DNA of 64,000 nucleotides, from UHGV virus genome UHGV-0116877; one strand, given 5' to 3'. A program made the translations under genes and the position numbers. Below, one piece after another: positions 1-9,145 of this stretch (its first letter is position 1; every line of letters starts with the position of its first letter). The stretch is from a virus. The notes below the pieces were generated by a model. The model worked only from the letters and a program-made list of their open reading frames with translations, did not search any database and was not told the DNA's origin.

Positions 1-213
1 CGGTTTCTTTTCTACTTTACTACTTTAATGCTTTACTACAATAAAGTGCCGGCACCGCCAGCGATTTGCACAAAAAGTTAATAGTATGTTTGTGCAATTT
101 ACCAGTAGACAATTCCTTTTATATATGGTATTATATAGATGTTCCAAGAGGGAACACACCACGGACGGCAAAAAGAAACTCTCGAAATTTCAAAAGAAAT
201 TTCAAAAAAGGGG

Positions 214-242
214 TTGACAAATCGAACCGACTGTGGTATAAT
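214..242 (+). promoter_or_regulatory. sigmaA-type promoter with extended -10
   Basis: TTGACA(214-219)-17 nt-TATAAT(237-242) with TG at 234-235; a similar promoter lies at 767-795. Confidence 0.9.
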
Positions 243-314
243 AAAGATGTTCCAAAGGGAACGAAAAAAATCTTAAAGAGCCGACTGCGTTAGTGTCGGA
301 GAAAGAGGTTTACT

Positions 315-647
315 ATGGCTAACATGACTGCTGCTCAGAAGAACACCGCTATCAAGGAAAACGCTGTTGCTATGACCGTTCTGCCCGAGGGCACTATTCA
401 GGTGGGTGACTACGCCTACGCCATCCCCACCGAAGTGGACGGCGAACTGCGGTACGCTGTCGTGACCTACACGGCGAAGAACAACAAGGCGACCAAGACC
501 GCCGACGCTTTCGACCCCGAACAGGCTCGCGCTGACTGGCTTGCTGAAAAGGAACTGAAAGCGCAGGTTGCGGCGGAGAAAGCCGCCGAGAAAGAACGCA
601 AAGCCGCGACTCGCGCGGCGAAGAAGTCCAAGACTGCCGAGGAATAA
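315..647 (+). CDS. early hypothetical protein with Ala/Lys/Glu-rich C-terminal helix
   Basis: ORF with GAGG RBS behind a strong promoter, followed by a GC hairpin + T-tract. Confidence 0.85.
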   Translation: MANMTAAQKNTAIKENAVAMTVLPEGTIQVGDYAYAIPTEVDGELRYAVVTYTAKNNKATKTADAFDPEQARADWLAEKELKAQVAAEKAAEKERKAATRAAKKSKTAEE

Positions 648-651
648 TCGG

Positions 652-682
652 CGGGCGGGAGAAATCCCGCCCCTTTTCTTTT
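652..682 (+). terminator. intrinsic terminator
   Basis: GGGCGGGA-GAAA-TCCCGCCC followed by TTTTCTTTT. Confidence 0.85.
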
Positions 683-848
683 GCTTTCTCACTTTATCAC
701 TTTAAAGCGTTAAAGTGCCGGCACACGATTGTTAAAAAATTAACAAAGAAAATTTTTAAAAAAGGGTTGACAATCAATAGTAAATATGGTATTATATATA
801 TGTCGCAAGGGAAGAGGTTCCCGCGAACACAAAGAAAGAGGTATCATT

Positions 849-1229
849 ATGAAAGAAGTTCTCAGCCGTTGCGGATTTAAGTGTTTCGCGGAGCGCGAGT
901 TGCCCGAAAAGTCTACCAGAGGTGAATATAACTATCTTCTGGTGATTCACTACAAGAACGGCAAGAAAACAATCAAAATTGGAACCACAAACAATATGGC
1001 CCGTCGTATGTATGAACATCTGGGCGCATATAGGGCGAATATTACCGTCTGCTGGATTTCTCCCTACTTCTCAAAATATACTACTTTGAGAGTTGAGGAT
1101 AATTTCAAAGATAAGATGATAAATGAGGGCTATCATTGGATTATGAATGATAGATTTGAAGTTCCGCCTACTATGAAGAAAGTGACGGTTAAAGTCAGAA
1201 AAGAATATACTATCAATATTGACTATTGA
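849..1229 (+). CDS. GIY-YIG/T5orf172-like nuclease domain protein
   Basis: YNYLL...IKIGTTNNMARRMYEH...E motif; start moved to the ATG after GAGG. Confidence 0.6.
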   Translation: MKEVLSRCGFKCFAERELPEKSTRGEYNYLLVIHYKNGKKTIKIGTTNNMARRMYEHLGAYRANITVCWISPYFSKYTTLRVEDNFKDKMINEGYHWIMNDRFEVPPTMKKVTVKVRKEYTINIDY

Positions 1230-1285
1230 CAAAAGGCGGAAAGTATGGTATAATTATAATAGAAAAGGAAAAGGAGTTGATTTTA

Positions 1286-1438
1286 ATGGAAAGAAAAATC
1301 CAGAACAAAGAGGAATTTCTCGCCGCTATCAAGAGAGAGAAAGAACGCCGCAAGAAAGTAGCCGAAGAGCAAGAAAAGAAACTTGCGGAGATTGAAAAGA
1401 AAAAGAAACTCCAAACACTGATTCAGAAAGGACGATAA
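1286..1438 (+). CDS. small charged hypothetical protein
   Basis: AAGGAG RBS, upstream promoter at about 1226-1254, terminator after. Confidence 0.7.
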   Translation: MERKIQNKEEFLAAIKREKERRKKVAEEQEKKLAEIEKKKKLQTLIQKGR

Positions 1439-1526
1439 AAGGAAGGGGAGAGCAATGCTCTCCCCTTAATGTAAAGTTATGCCGCCCTATATAATATTAC
1501 AGTATGCAAATACCGCATAAAGAATA

Positions 1527-1745
1527 TTATTGTTCGGCTTTTTCTATAATTATCTTGCCGCCGGCACAGATAATTTTTAACGAAGTATCTTCGTCGATAT
1601 CTAAATTACGACGAATAGCAATAGGCAAAGTAACACGCCCAAGATTATCGCATTTTCTTAGTGCGCCTTTCTCATTAGTAATAAAATTCTGATTGTCGAG
1701 CTTTTCTTCAATCCGGCGCAAAATCTTTAAAATTTCTTCATCCAT
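1527..1745 (-). CDS. AbrB/MazE/SpoVT-family DNA-binding protein
   Basis: RKCDNLGRVTLPIAIRRNLDI...LKI....KIIIEK matches the AbrB swapped-hairpin signature. Confidence 0.85.
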   Translation of the reverse strand: MDEEILKILRRIEEKLDNQNFITNEKGALRKCDNLGRVTLPIAIRRNLDIDEDTSLKIICAGGKIIIEKAEQ

Positions 1746-1929
1746 TCTTTACCACTTCCTTTTATATTTTAATTATAAATTAAAATTGGGAAAAAGTCAA
1801 GAATTTGTCGAATTAAATTATGCCGGCAAATTGTTTAAAATTTAACAAAGAAAAAATTTAAAATAGGGGTTGACAAACAGGAATAAAAATAGTATAATAG
1901 AATCAAAGATAAGAAAAGGAATTGATAAT

Positions 1930-2055
1930 ATGAAATGTAAAGATTGCTTTTATTGGTGGCAAGATGAGGATGATGATTTTCCACAGTGCCATTGCCCAGA
2001 GGATATTCCAGTTGCACCATGCGAATATAATGACATAACAGAAGAGGGCGGCTAA
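1930..2055 (+). CDS. small Cys-rich acidic protein
   Basis: MKCKDCFYW...CHC...PCE behind a promoter and RBS. Confidence 0.6.
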   Translation: MKCKDCFYWWQDEDDDFPQCHCPEDIPVAPCEYNDITEEGG

Positions 2056-2180
2056 ACCGCCCTTTCTTTTATTTTGCTTTGTTAAAAATTTCACATTCAT
2101 TTATGCCGGCACTTTAGCACATTAAAGCGTTAAAGTCAATACTTTTATCTTCTGCTTTGCCGGCACCCGACTATGTCCAC

Positions 2181-2320
2181 TTTGTCAATAGGGCCGCCTT
2201 TTGTCAATAGGAGCTGTGAGCTGTGAGCTGCGACTATATGAGCTGCATCTGTGAGCTGGGTAAGCCCGCTCGTGAGCTGCAAAAGCACTTTCTCTAGTTA
2301 AAGTCAAGTAAGTGAGCTGC
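2181..2320 (+). repeat. short direct-repeat cluster (TTTGTCAATAGG x2, GAGCTG x7)
   Basis: repeats read directly in a non-coding stretch. Confidence 0.8.
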
Positions 2321-2528
2321 AAAATTATTCCGAAGATAAATTTTTATATTACGAATTAGTTTATTTTCTTTTTAAATTCAATTAGAAATATCTTCTAGAG
2401 AAGAACTCTTCCAGAGAACTATTCTTGTAGAAAAATCGTTGCAAATTTCGCTGCGGCCGCAGTCAATAGTATTGACAAAAGTCAAATAGTATGCTATAAT
2501 ATAATTAGAAAGAAAAGGAGGATAGATA

Positions 2529-2717
2529 ATGGAGAAAGAGTATATTGATAACTCTATTGCAGAATCTATAAGAAATATTATTGAGCTGTGTTTCTCTCAT
2601 ACTGAGTGCGGCGGTTGCCCGCTCTATAATTCAGAGAGAAAAGTATGTCAGCTTCAATCAGTTCCTTCTGGCTGGAATAAGCCAGAAAGAGAAGGAGACC
2701 ATTACGTTTTTAAGTAA
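2529..2717 (+). CDS. hypothetical Cys-containing protein
   Basis: AAGGAGG RBS, promoter at about 2472-2500. Confidence 0.75.
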   Translation: MEKEYIDNSIAESIRNIIELCFSHTECGGCPLYNSERKVCQLQSVPSGWNKPEREGDHYVFK

Positions 2718-2729
2718 GGGGTAAGAATA

Positions 2730-2945
2730 ATGAAGGAATTCAATATTCTTATTGAAGAGTTGGATAGAATTAGTGATAAATGGCGGCAACGCCTCCAGCA
2801 TCAAAGTGAGAAAGGTAAAGATATCCACGATAGCTTCCTCTGTTCAACTGTTATGTATGAGATTGAGCGGGCGAAGCAAGCTGCAAATAGACGAATTGCA
2901 GAAGAGAGACAAAAAGAGTTTGAAGAGAAAAGAAAAAAAGATTAA
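2730..2945 (+). CDS. hypothetical protein
   Basis: operonic ORF. Confidence 0.7.
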   Translation: MKEFNILIEELDRISDKWRQRLQHQSEKGKDIHDSFLCSTVMYEIERAKQAANRRIAEERQKEFEEKRKKD

Positions 2946-2969
2946 CACTATTAAAGAGTAAAAGGAGTA

Positions 2970-3383
2970 ATGTGTATGGCATCTATTACAGCGCAGAGAG
3001 CGGCTTTGACCGCAGAGAAAGTAAAGTGGATTGAGGAGATTTTCAATAGTGCTGGAGTTGAGTTCTTCCGCACTGGTAGCAATCTGGCTACTCTTACCTT
3101 TGATTGCGGCGAAATCGAAGGAAAGCCTATCTATGGTTCAATTAAGTTTACTCTCCATAAGGCAGACTATAATCTCGATGATGAGATTGAAGAGTTTGAA
3201 ATGCTGTTGGAGGAAAAGGAAAAGAAAGCTGAGGAAAAACGGCGCCGGGACGCAAAAGCGTTGAAGGATAAGGCCGCAAAAGAGGCTAAGGCCGCAGAAA
3301 AGAAAGCTATTGAGGAAAGAGAAAAAGAAAAGCGTAGGGAATATCTTGCTTCTTTAGGAGAGAAAAACGAGAGCGGGCAGTAA
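2970..3383 (+). CDS. hypothetical protein, paralog-like to 315-647 and 14252-14584
   Basis: AAGGAG RBS; K/E/A-rich tail; terminator after. Confidence 0.8.
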   Translation: MCMASITAQRAALTAEKVKWIEEIFNSAGVEFFRTGSNLATLTFDCGEIEGKPIYGSIKFTLHKADYNLDDEIEEFEMLLEEKEKKAEEKRRRDAKALKDKAAKEAKAAEKKAIEEREKEKRREYLASLGEKNESGQ

Positions 3384-3480
3384 GCCCGCTCTTTCTTTTT
3401 TCCCGAAACTAAACTTGATTTTCTAAAAACTAAAAATAAAAATAGGGAGTAGGCAAATTAAACCTACCCCCTATTATTCT

Positions 3481-4131
3481 CTATATACCCCTCACTCTTC
3501 TCGCGTCTACCCCTATCCCCGAATAGTCAAAAATAAGGGGAACCCTATTACTTCTCTTATACCCATAGTTGCTCCCGTGCACGTCATTGATATACTCTTC
3601 TGAACAGAACTCAAGGAACTCTTCCACTTCCTCACTAGAGTATGCACGCAGAAGCTCGTCTATTACTCTCTCGCAGATATTAAGAGTTTCTGCGTTCTCA
3701 ACAGACTCATCGCTTAAGTCGCTCCAGTCTTCCTCTGCCTCATACCAATCATCATCATTCTCACTATCGTTACGAGCTATAACTCTCTCTTGGAGATAAG
3801 CTTTACATCTATCTCCTTCGTAGAAAGGGAAAGTTTCTGCGAAGAACCTCTCTACTCCATACTCTACGGCCCTCTGATAGGCAATAACTTCCGCTTCGCA
3901 CCAATCACAGTCAGCTTCTCTTATCAGAGGTATCTTTATTACGTATCTTGCCCCTTTATTCTTAGGAACAAGCACTAATTTAGTTACTCCATGATAAATT
4001 CGGAAGTTTTCGTTAGAATAGTCGTGAAAATTAAAGTTTCCTATCAATATTGCTTTATTTTTATTTATTTTAGAGAGAAAATTCTCTAAAATAGCCGTAT
4101 AAAACTGTTTTTCTTTCTCTTTTATCTCCAT
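3481..4131 (-). CDS. protein kinase-like (APH/ePK fold) protein
   Basis: G.TK.V, VIKIP (ATP Lys), helix-C Glu, DVHGSN catalytic loop, DYS Mg-binding motif. Confidence 0.65.
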   Translation of the reverse strand: MEIKEKEKQFYTAILENFLSKINKNKAILIGNFNFHDYSNENFRIYHGVTKLVLVPKNKGARYVIKIPLIREADCDWCEAEVIAYQRAVEYGVERFFAETFPFYEGDRCKAYLQERVIARNDSENDDDWYEAEEDWSDLSDESVENAETLNICERVIDELLRAYSSEEVEEFLEFCSEEYINDVHGSNYGYKRSNRVPLIFDYSGIGVDARRVRGI

Positions 4132-4157
4132 AATAGTAAGTTTTTACCTACTTTCTC

Positions 4158-4331
4158 TTAAATTTCGTCGTAAAAATCACTCGAAATAAAGGTGTTGCGG
4201 AGCTTCTGCTCGCGCTCAAGCTCGTCGCAGTAGTCCTCAAAACCCTCTCCGTAGAAATTCTCGAACGCCTCATAGGCATCATAGCCAGAGATTTCCTCCA
4301 CACTAATTCCCATATCAAAGTCATCAAACAT
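4158..4331 (-). CDS. 57-aa highly acidic protein (not in ORF track)
   Basis: AAGGAGG RBS; MFDDFDMGISVEEISGYDAYEAFENFYGEGFEDYCDELEREQKLRNTFISSDFYDEI. Confidence 0.75.
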   Translation of the reverse strand: MFDDFDMGISVEEISGYDAYEAFENFYGEGFEDYCDELEREQKLRNTFISSDFYDEI

Positions 4332-4580
4332 TATATTATCCTCCTTCGATTAAGTTTAGTAATTTTTATCTCCTTTTCTTACCTTCTATAATAATTATAC
4401 CACACTATGGGAGAAAAGTCAATAGTTACGGCGGGCGAAGCAGAGTTAAAAATAAAAATTAACAATTTAAAAGTATTGACTTAGACGAGATAGAGTGCGC
4501 AGTCACCAATTTCCAAACCCTATACTTCAGGGGCAAACCCAACAGCAAAATTTTCTGGTGGTTGTCCGTTTTCTACGACC

Positions 4581-4935
4581 GAGTACTAGTTAAGCTTCGC
4601 TTAACTAGTACTCTATCTAAAGGTATTATTAAGAAAATAGTAGTAGAAATACTACTACTACTACTACTATTACTATTTTTACTATTCTTCTTATTATTCC
4701 TACTACTACTCTTAGTAATATTCCTTATACTACTCCTTATACTATTTCTTAGTATTATCCTTATACTATTCCTACTATTACTCTTTATTATATTATTAGT
4801 ATTCCTTATACTATTTCCTTATACTACTCTTAATATTTTAAGTAATATCTTCTTATTATTTTCCTTATACTATTTTCTTATTATTTATTATACTATATAC
4901 TATTATAAAAAAATACTAACTATACTATTTAATTA
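4581..4935. repeat. 15-bp hairpin plus G-depleted tract with six CCTTATACTA repeats
   Basis: GAGTACTAGTTAAGC-TTC-GCTTAACTAGTACTC then about 290 nt almost without G on the + strand. Confidence 0.8.
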
Positions 4936-5047
4936 GTATAATTAGTATTTTAAGTAATATTTAAGTAGTATTTCTCTCTCAAATACGATTAGAAGTGATG
5001 AGCCTAACTAACTCGTAAAAAATTTTGGTGCGCCCAGGCCATAAAGT

Positions 5048-5281
5048 TTAATCTTTGCTATTTGAGCTAACTTTTGAACCAACAAAAAGAATATGACAAA
5101 GAATTGATAAGCCCCAGAACTGCCAATAGGAAAGTGCAGGTAAAGAGAAAATAGCCACGGCAATAGCGCCCCAAAGCAACCAACCAATCCAGTTCACAAA
5201 GAATAAAAGTCCAATAGCGATAAGAACAAGCGCAACAACAGCACCGCAACCATAGTCATTATTTTTATAAGGGATTTTCAT
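5048..5281 (-). CDS. small membrane protein
   Basis: hydrophobic helices; GGAGG RBS. Confidence 0.75.
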   Translation of the reverse strand: MKIPYKNNDYGCGAVVALVLIAIGLLFFVNWIGWLLWGAIAVAIFSLPALSYWQFWGLSILCHILFVGSKVSSNSKD

Positions 5282-5283
5282 AA

Positions 5284-5637
5284 TTAATTTTCCTCCGTCC
5301 AATAAAGTTTAATCAGTAAGTTATAAAGCTCCTCGGAGTTAGTAATAGGAAACTCAACTCCGTCAATAGTAACATCTCCCTTTTTATATCCTCTACCAAA
5401 ATCCTTTTCCCAGCAGAAGTACATAATCCAAGGAACATCATCAATAGGAGCATTTTCAACCAATTCGTCTTTCATAACAAGAGAAAGGGTATTAGTATAG
5501 CTATCCATAATATCCATTAGAACACCCTCAGAGAATACTACGCCAATAGCATCCTCAACCTTTCTCATATTATTCCAGTAATCTTCAATAGTGTCGATTG
5601 CAGTACAGAACTCTTCTTTTGTTAGTGGACAATTCAT
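5284..5637 (-). CDS. hypothetical phage protein
   Basis: AAGGAG RBS, operonic. Confidence 0.8.
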   Translation of the reverse strand: MNCPLTKEEFCTAIDTIEDYWNNMRKVEDAIGVVFSEGVLMDIMDSYTNTLSLVMKDELVENAPIDDVPWIMYFCWEKDFGRGYKKGDVTIDGVEFPITNSEELYNLLIKLYWTEEN

Positions 5638-5710
5638 AATCTTTCTCCTTTACAATTTAATTATCATCGGCTTGCTGCGGCCGAACCAACTTTTTATTTT
5701 AAAGATAATT

Positions 5711-6187
5711 CTAAATATCTTCTTCACTATCGTCACCCTCATTAAAATAAGCTTCTATGTTTTTATAATTTCTACTTACTTTTCCTGCACATTCATCACA
5801 ATAAGGAGAAATCCAACCAAGAGAAATCTTCGTTGCGGGCGCACCACAATTTATACAAATCCGTTCACTAAGCTTCTCATACTTACGAACTATCTTATCA
5901 ATAGCTTCAGTAGAATAATTAGTATACCAACGAAGAGAGCCATATTTCTCTTTTATCTGAAGAATACAATAATTAAATTCACCATGCTCAAGTTTTATTT
6001 TCTCAAGCTCATATTGAATTTCCTCGCACATTTTTTCTCCAAACGCTTTTCTCCATCCATCTGGCATAGCATCAAGCTCAGTATAGGAGTAATCATAATC
6101 TTCTACTACTTCTCCAGAAAATCTATTTCTCGGAATCAAAAACGGATATTTCTTACATAAGTCCTGATTCTTCTCTATCTCACTCAT
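5711..6187 (-). CDS. conserved phage protein with C-terminal Zn ribbon
   Basis: GW...QIKEKYGSLRWY...CINCG...CDEC pattern typical of a phage hypothetical family. Confidence 0.8.
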   Translation of the reverse strand: MSEIEKNQDLCKKYPFLIPRNRFSGEVVEDYDYSYTELDAMPDGWRKAFGEKMCEEIQYELEKIKLEHGEFNYCILQIKEKYGSLRWYTNYSTEAIDKIVRKYEKLSERICINCGAPATKISLGWISPYCDECAGKVSRNYKNIEAYFNEGDDSEEDI

Positions 6188-6198
6188 TGAGCTACCTC

Positions 6199-6549
6199 CT
6201 ATCCCACAAAACCATTAAAGAAATCTTGAGGATTAACCTGCGGCGGAAGCTCGGTATCCTCTATATCTTTCCACTCGTATTCAAGTGGTGGCGGGCTGAC
6301 CGAAGAAACCAATTCATCAAAAGTTTCTTCCTCATTTATTTTATCATTTAAAGGAACTACAAATAGTTGAAGTTCCTTTCTCCTCTGCGCGCAGAAGCAA
6401 ATAGCATACTTATCTTTTCTTATATAAACTCCGCAATCTTCAATTATAATAGTATGATTGTCAGCGAATTGAAGAATTTTCTGAATACTTGCGTCAAGAA
6501 AGGATTGTATATCTGTTATATTGAGTCCCGGTGCAATCCATAATCTCAA
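6199..6549 (-). CDS. hypothetical protein
   Basis: operonic ORF. Confidence 0.7.
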   Translation of the reverse strand: MRLWIAPGLNITDIQSFLDASIQKILQFADNHTIIIEDCGVYIRKDKYAICFCAQRRKELQLFVVPLNDKINEEETFDELVSSVSPPPLEYEWKDIEDTELPPQVNPQDFFNGFVG

Positions 6550-6553
6550 ACAA

Positions 6554-6772
6554 TCACCCCAAAAGTAAAACTTTCATATAGTTAAGTAAAGCAATAACAA
6601 GAGAAAATACACCAAAGATAATAGATAGATTAGAATGGTAAAAACCTTTTCTATCAAATCTATTCTGAGCCGCTTGCTTCATTTCCTCTTGTCTATATTG
6701 CTCAAGGCCATAAGCAATATATAAGACACCAATTATAGCTAATAGTATAGAGATAATAAAATTAAAAATCAT
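6554..6772 (-). CDS. two-TM membrane protein
   Basis: two hydrophobic segments; AGGAG RBS. Confidence 0.7.
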   Translation of the reverse strand: MIFNFIISILLAIIGVLYIAYGLEQYRQEEMKQAAQNRFDRKGFYHSNLSIIFGVFSLVIALLNYMKVLLLG

Positions 6773-6790
6773 TATTCTCTCTCCTTAAAA

Positions 6791-7249
6791 TTACCACATT
6801 TCTTCATACTTATTTCTACTCATGCTCAAACGAATTCTCTCACAGGTTTTTTCACTAACTTCTTCATCCGACTCTTCATATTCTGCTTTCGGCTGGCTAT
6901 CTCGATAATCTCCATATCCAAACTCCTTAGCACTCAACTGCCCATCAGCAATTAAATCTTTATAAGTTTGACGAAGCATATACTTTACGGTGCGGCCACG
7001 CACAGTTCCTTTAACGACCATTCCATTATTAATTAGCTTCTTTAACTCAGCCGCCATTTTCTGAGTTGTCACTCCATTGAGAGCCAAAGAATAGGGAGGA
7101 GTTTCTTTAATAGTATTGATGTCTACCCCATTAAAAGTAGCCAACTCTTGTAAAGCTGCAAGAATATTATAGCGAATCTCACTCTCTTTTTGTTTTGAAT
7201 ACTTGCCAGCAGTATATCTTGCTCCCATTTTTAGTTTCCCCTTTCTCAC
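6791..7249 (-). CDS. winged-helix DNA-binding protein (probable)
   Basis: TTQKMAAELKKLINNGMVVKG...KYML wHTH-like pattern; start probably MGARY at 7228. Confidence 0.55.
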   Translation of the reverse strand: MRKGKLKMGARYTAGKYSKQKESEIRYNILAALQELATFNGVDINTIKETPPYSLALNGVTTQKMAAELKKLINNGMVVKGTVRGRTVKYMLRQTYKDLIADGQLSAKEFGYGDYRDSQPKAEYEESDEEVSEKTCERIRLSMSRNKYEEMW

Positions 7250-7327
7250 TTTCTATAATAATTATACCATACTTTTCGATTTTTGTCAATAAAGAAAAGA
7301 GAGGCCGTAGCCTCTCTTTATACATAA

Positions 7328-8107
7328 TTAACTGCCGATTACTTCTGCTTTTGACATAACATAACAGCTTTGAGAATTTGCATTAAAAGCATTTACTTTA
7401 TCTATATTTGCGATTGATATTCCTCCGGTATTATATACTGCAACTACCCAAGGATTATCTGGGAACATAATTACATCTCCGTCTTGAAGAGTATAATCTC
7501 CAAAATTAAAGTTACCAGGCATAACTGTTGAAATTGAGTCTGGGTTAATAGAAAAAGCAACTGAATCTGGTTTCACTTGTCCTGGATGAACAGCATTAAC
7601 AGTAGGCTCAGGACAAGTATGAGTTCCAGTAATTTTAACTCCATTAACATAAGCAGTCTTTCCAGTAGTAATATCACCTGCTGCGGCCGTGGCGTCAGAA
7701 GTATCAATTCCTTCTTCAACAGTCCCTACTACTCCTAAAATAGTTTCTCCCTCTTTTATCTTATCTGCCGTTAAGCCCACTGTTGTGGCTAATTCATAAT
7801 CTGAAATCGTTACAAATAGATTTTGATTCTTTCCAACAAATACGCCAGTATCTTGAGCTTGAAGAGTAATTTTAACTTGGCTTAAACTATGTTGAAGCAA
7901 ATTAAAATACACTTCTTGTCCACTAATATTGACGATAGTACCAGTTAATTTTCCATCTTTGCCATATGCAGTTTTACCAGCAACAATGTCATCAGCAGTT
8001 GCGGTTGCATCGCTAGTATCCGCACCGTCATCCTTTGCCGCAATAGAAACGGCAACATTGGGGTTGATAGTAGGAATATTTTTGAGATATTTATATAAAT
8101 CGTTCAT
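7328..8107 (-). CDS. virion/tail-associated repeat protein
   Basis: repeated DTSDATA.A.DI..GKTAY..G.K.TGT motif seen in phage tail proteins. Confidence 0.65.
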   Translation of the reverse strand: MNDLYKYLKNIPTINPNVAVSIAAKDDGADTSDATATADDIVAGKTAYGKDGKLTGTIVNISGQEVYFNLLQHSLSQVKITLQAQDTGVFVGKNQNLFVTISDYELATTVGLTADKIKEGETILGVVGTVEEGIDTSDATAAAGDITTGKTAYVNGVKITGTHTCPEPTVNAVHPGQVKPDSVAFSINPDSISTVMPGNFNFGDYTLQDGDVIMFPDNPWVVAVYNTGGISIANIDKVNAFNANSQSCYVMSKAEVIGS

Positions 8108-8171
8108 TTCTAAACCTCCTTTATTTATTGGTCTAAAGATATGTAAATTTTTTACTATGTTTCTCTAATAA

Positions 8172-8208
8172 AAGGAAAGTCAAGAGAAATTGGAGAATTT
8201 CTCTTGAC
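8172..8208 (-). terminator. intrinsic terminator of the large ncRNA
   Basis: GTCAAGAGAAATT/AATTTCTCTTGAC stem then TTTCCTTTT. Confidence 0.7.
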
Positions 8209-8211
8209 TGA

Positions 8212-8887
8212 TGAATAGGGAAAGGAAAGAAACAAATCTCCACTCTGCGTTTATAGAGGCTTGTGACTCTCGCCTTACGGCGGCCGCATTAGAAACAGAG
8301 TAGACCTACCGCTGGCCATCTCGCTCCTCTCGGAGCTGACGAGGACTCGACCCTCTACTCTATCTTTACTAGACTAAAGTGCATCCATCTAGCAGCTTCT
8401 CCGAGACTTTCGGCCACGGAAGCCGGAACACTTTTCGTATGTTCAATATACGGGAAGTTTAAACGGCCCCTTCCAAGTAAATAATATTGAGAAGTAAGTT
8501 TCCGAGGCTTACTTCGTTACGCCGCTGGCACGGCGCCACCAGTAGTGCCAGCTACTGGAATTTTATGGCCCTGCCGTTATCTCCCTACCACCCTCCAGCC
8601 GTTTAAGATGTCGGCTTACATCAATTTACGATACTTTCTATCCCGCCTCTATGGGCGGTTTGCTGGACGAGATTCTTTCACTCTCGTACATAGAGTTGTG
8701 GGTTGCGAAAATCTAGACTTATTTTCGACTTATATTCCCCTTACCTCTCGCTATTGTCTTACTGCCTTTTGTTTGGCTACCAGCATAGGTTTTCTTTCCA
8801 ACCTTGACCAAGTTCACCGCCACTTGGAGGAGGGTCTAACGATGACTCACCCTCTAACTAGCACCGGTCTGGGAATTTACCTATTCA
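8212..8887 (-). ncRNA. large structured ncRNA (about 676 nt; GOLLD/ROOL-class candidate)
   Basis: GC-richer stretch without a credible ORF; terminal pairing TGAATAGG/CCTATTCA; GNRA hairpins on the - strand; terminator follows. Confidence 0.7.
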
Positions 8888-8921
8888 GGAGGGTTTTACC
8901 AGACTTTACTTACCCAAAACG

Positions 8922-9086
8922 CTACGCATACCATTTTTCATTGGAGAGAAAGATTTTTACACCTTCCTCATATCCAAGAGAGGAAAGAACCTCTATCATC
9001 AATTCATCTGCGTCAATATGAGGTAGCTCGCCGCCTCCATCCTTGAAGATTTCTTTCATCTTTTCAGCAAATTCTTTTGATGTCAT
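8922..9086 (-). CDS. 54-aa hypothetical protein (not in ORF track)
   Basis: GAGGGAG RBS; MTSKEFAEKMKEIF...HIDADELMIEVLSSLGYEEGVKIF...KWYA. Confidence 0.75.
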   Translation of the reverse strand: MTSKEFAEKMKEIFKDGGGELPHIDADELMIEVLSSLGYEEGVKIFLSNEKWYA

Positions 9087-9145
9087 TATGTCTCCCTCAC
9101 TTTCTATATTTATTATACCATACTAAGAGTAAAAAGTCAAGATTT

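Noticed and set aside
2211..2320. Possible CRISPR array
   Set aside because: Repeats are 6-9 nt with irregular spacing; no cas genes in the window.
4562..4936. 124-aa Leu/Ile-rich ORF
   Set aside because: Artefact of the G-depleted repeat tract; no RBS and low complexity.
8545..9021. 158-aa + strand ORF
   Set aside because: Antisense to the large ncRNA and to the 8922-9086 gene; no RBS and against the local transcription direction.
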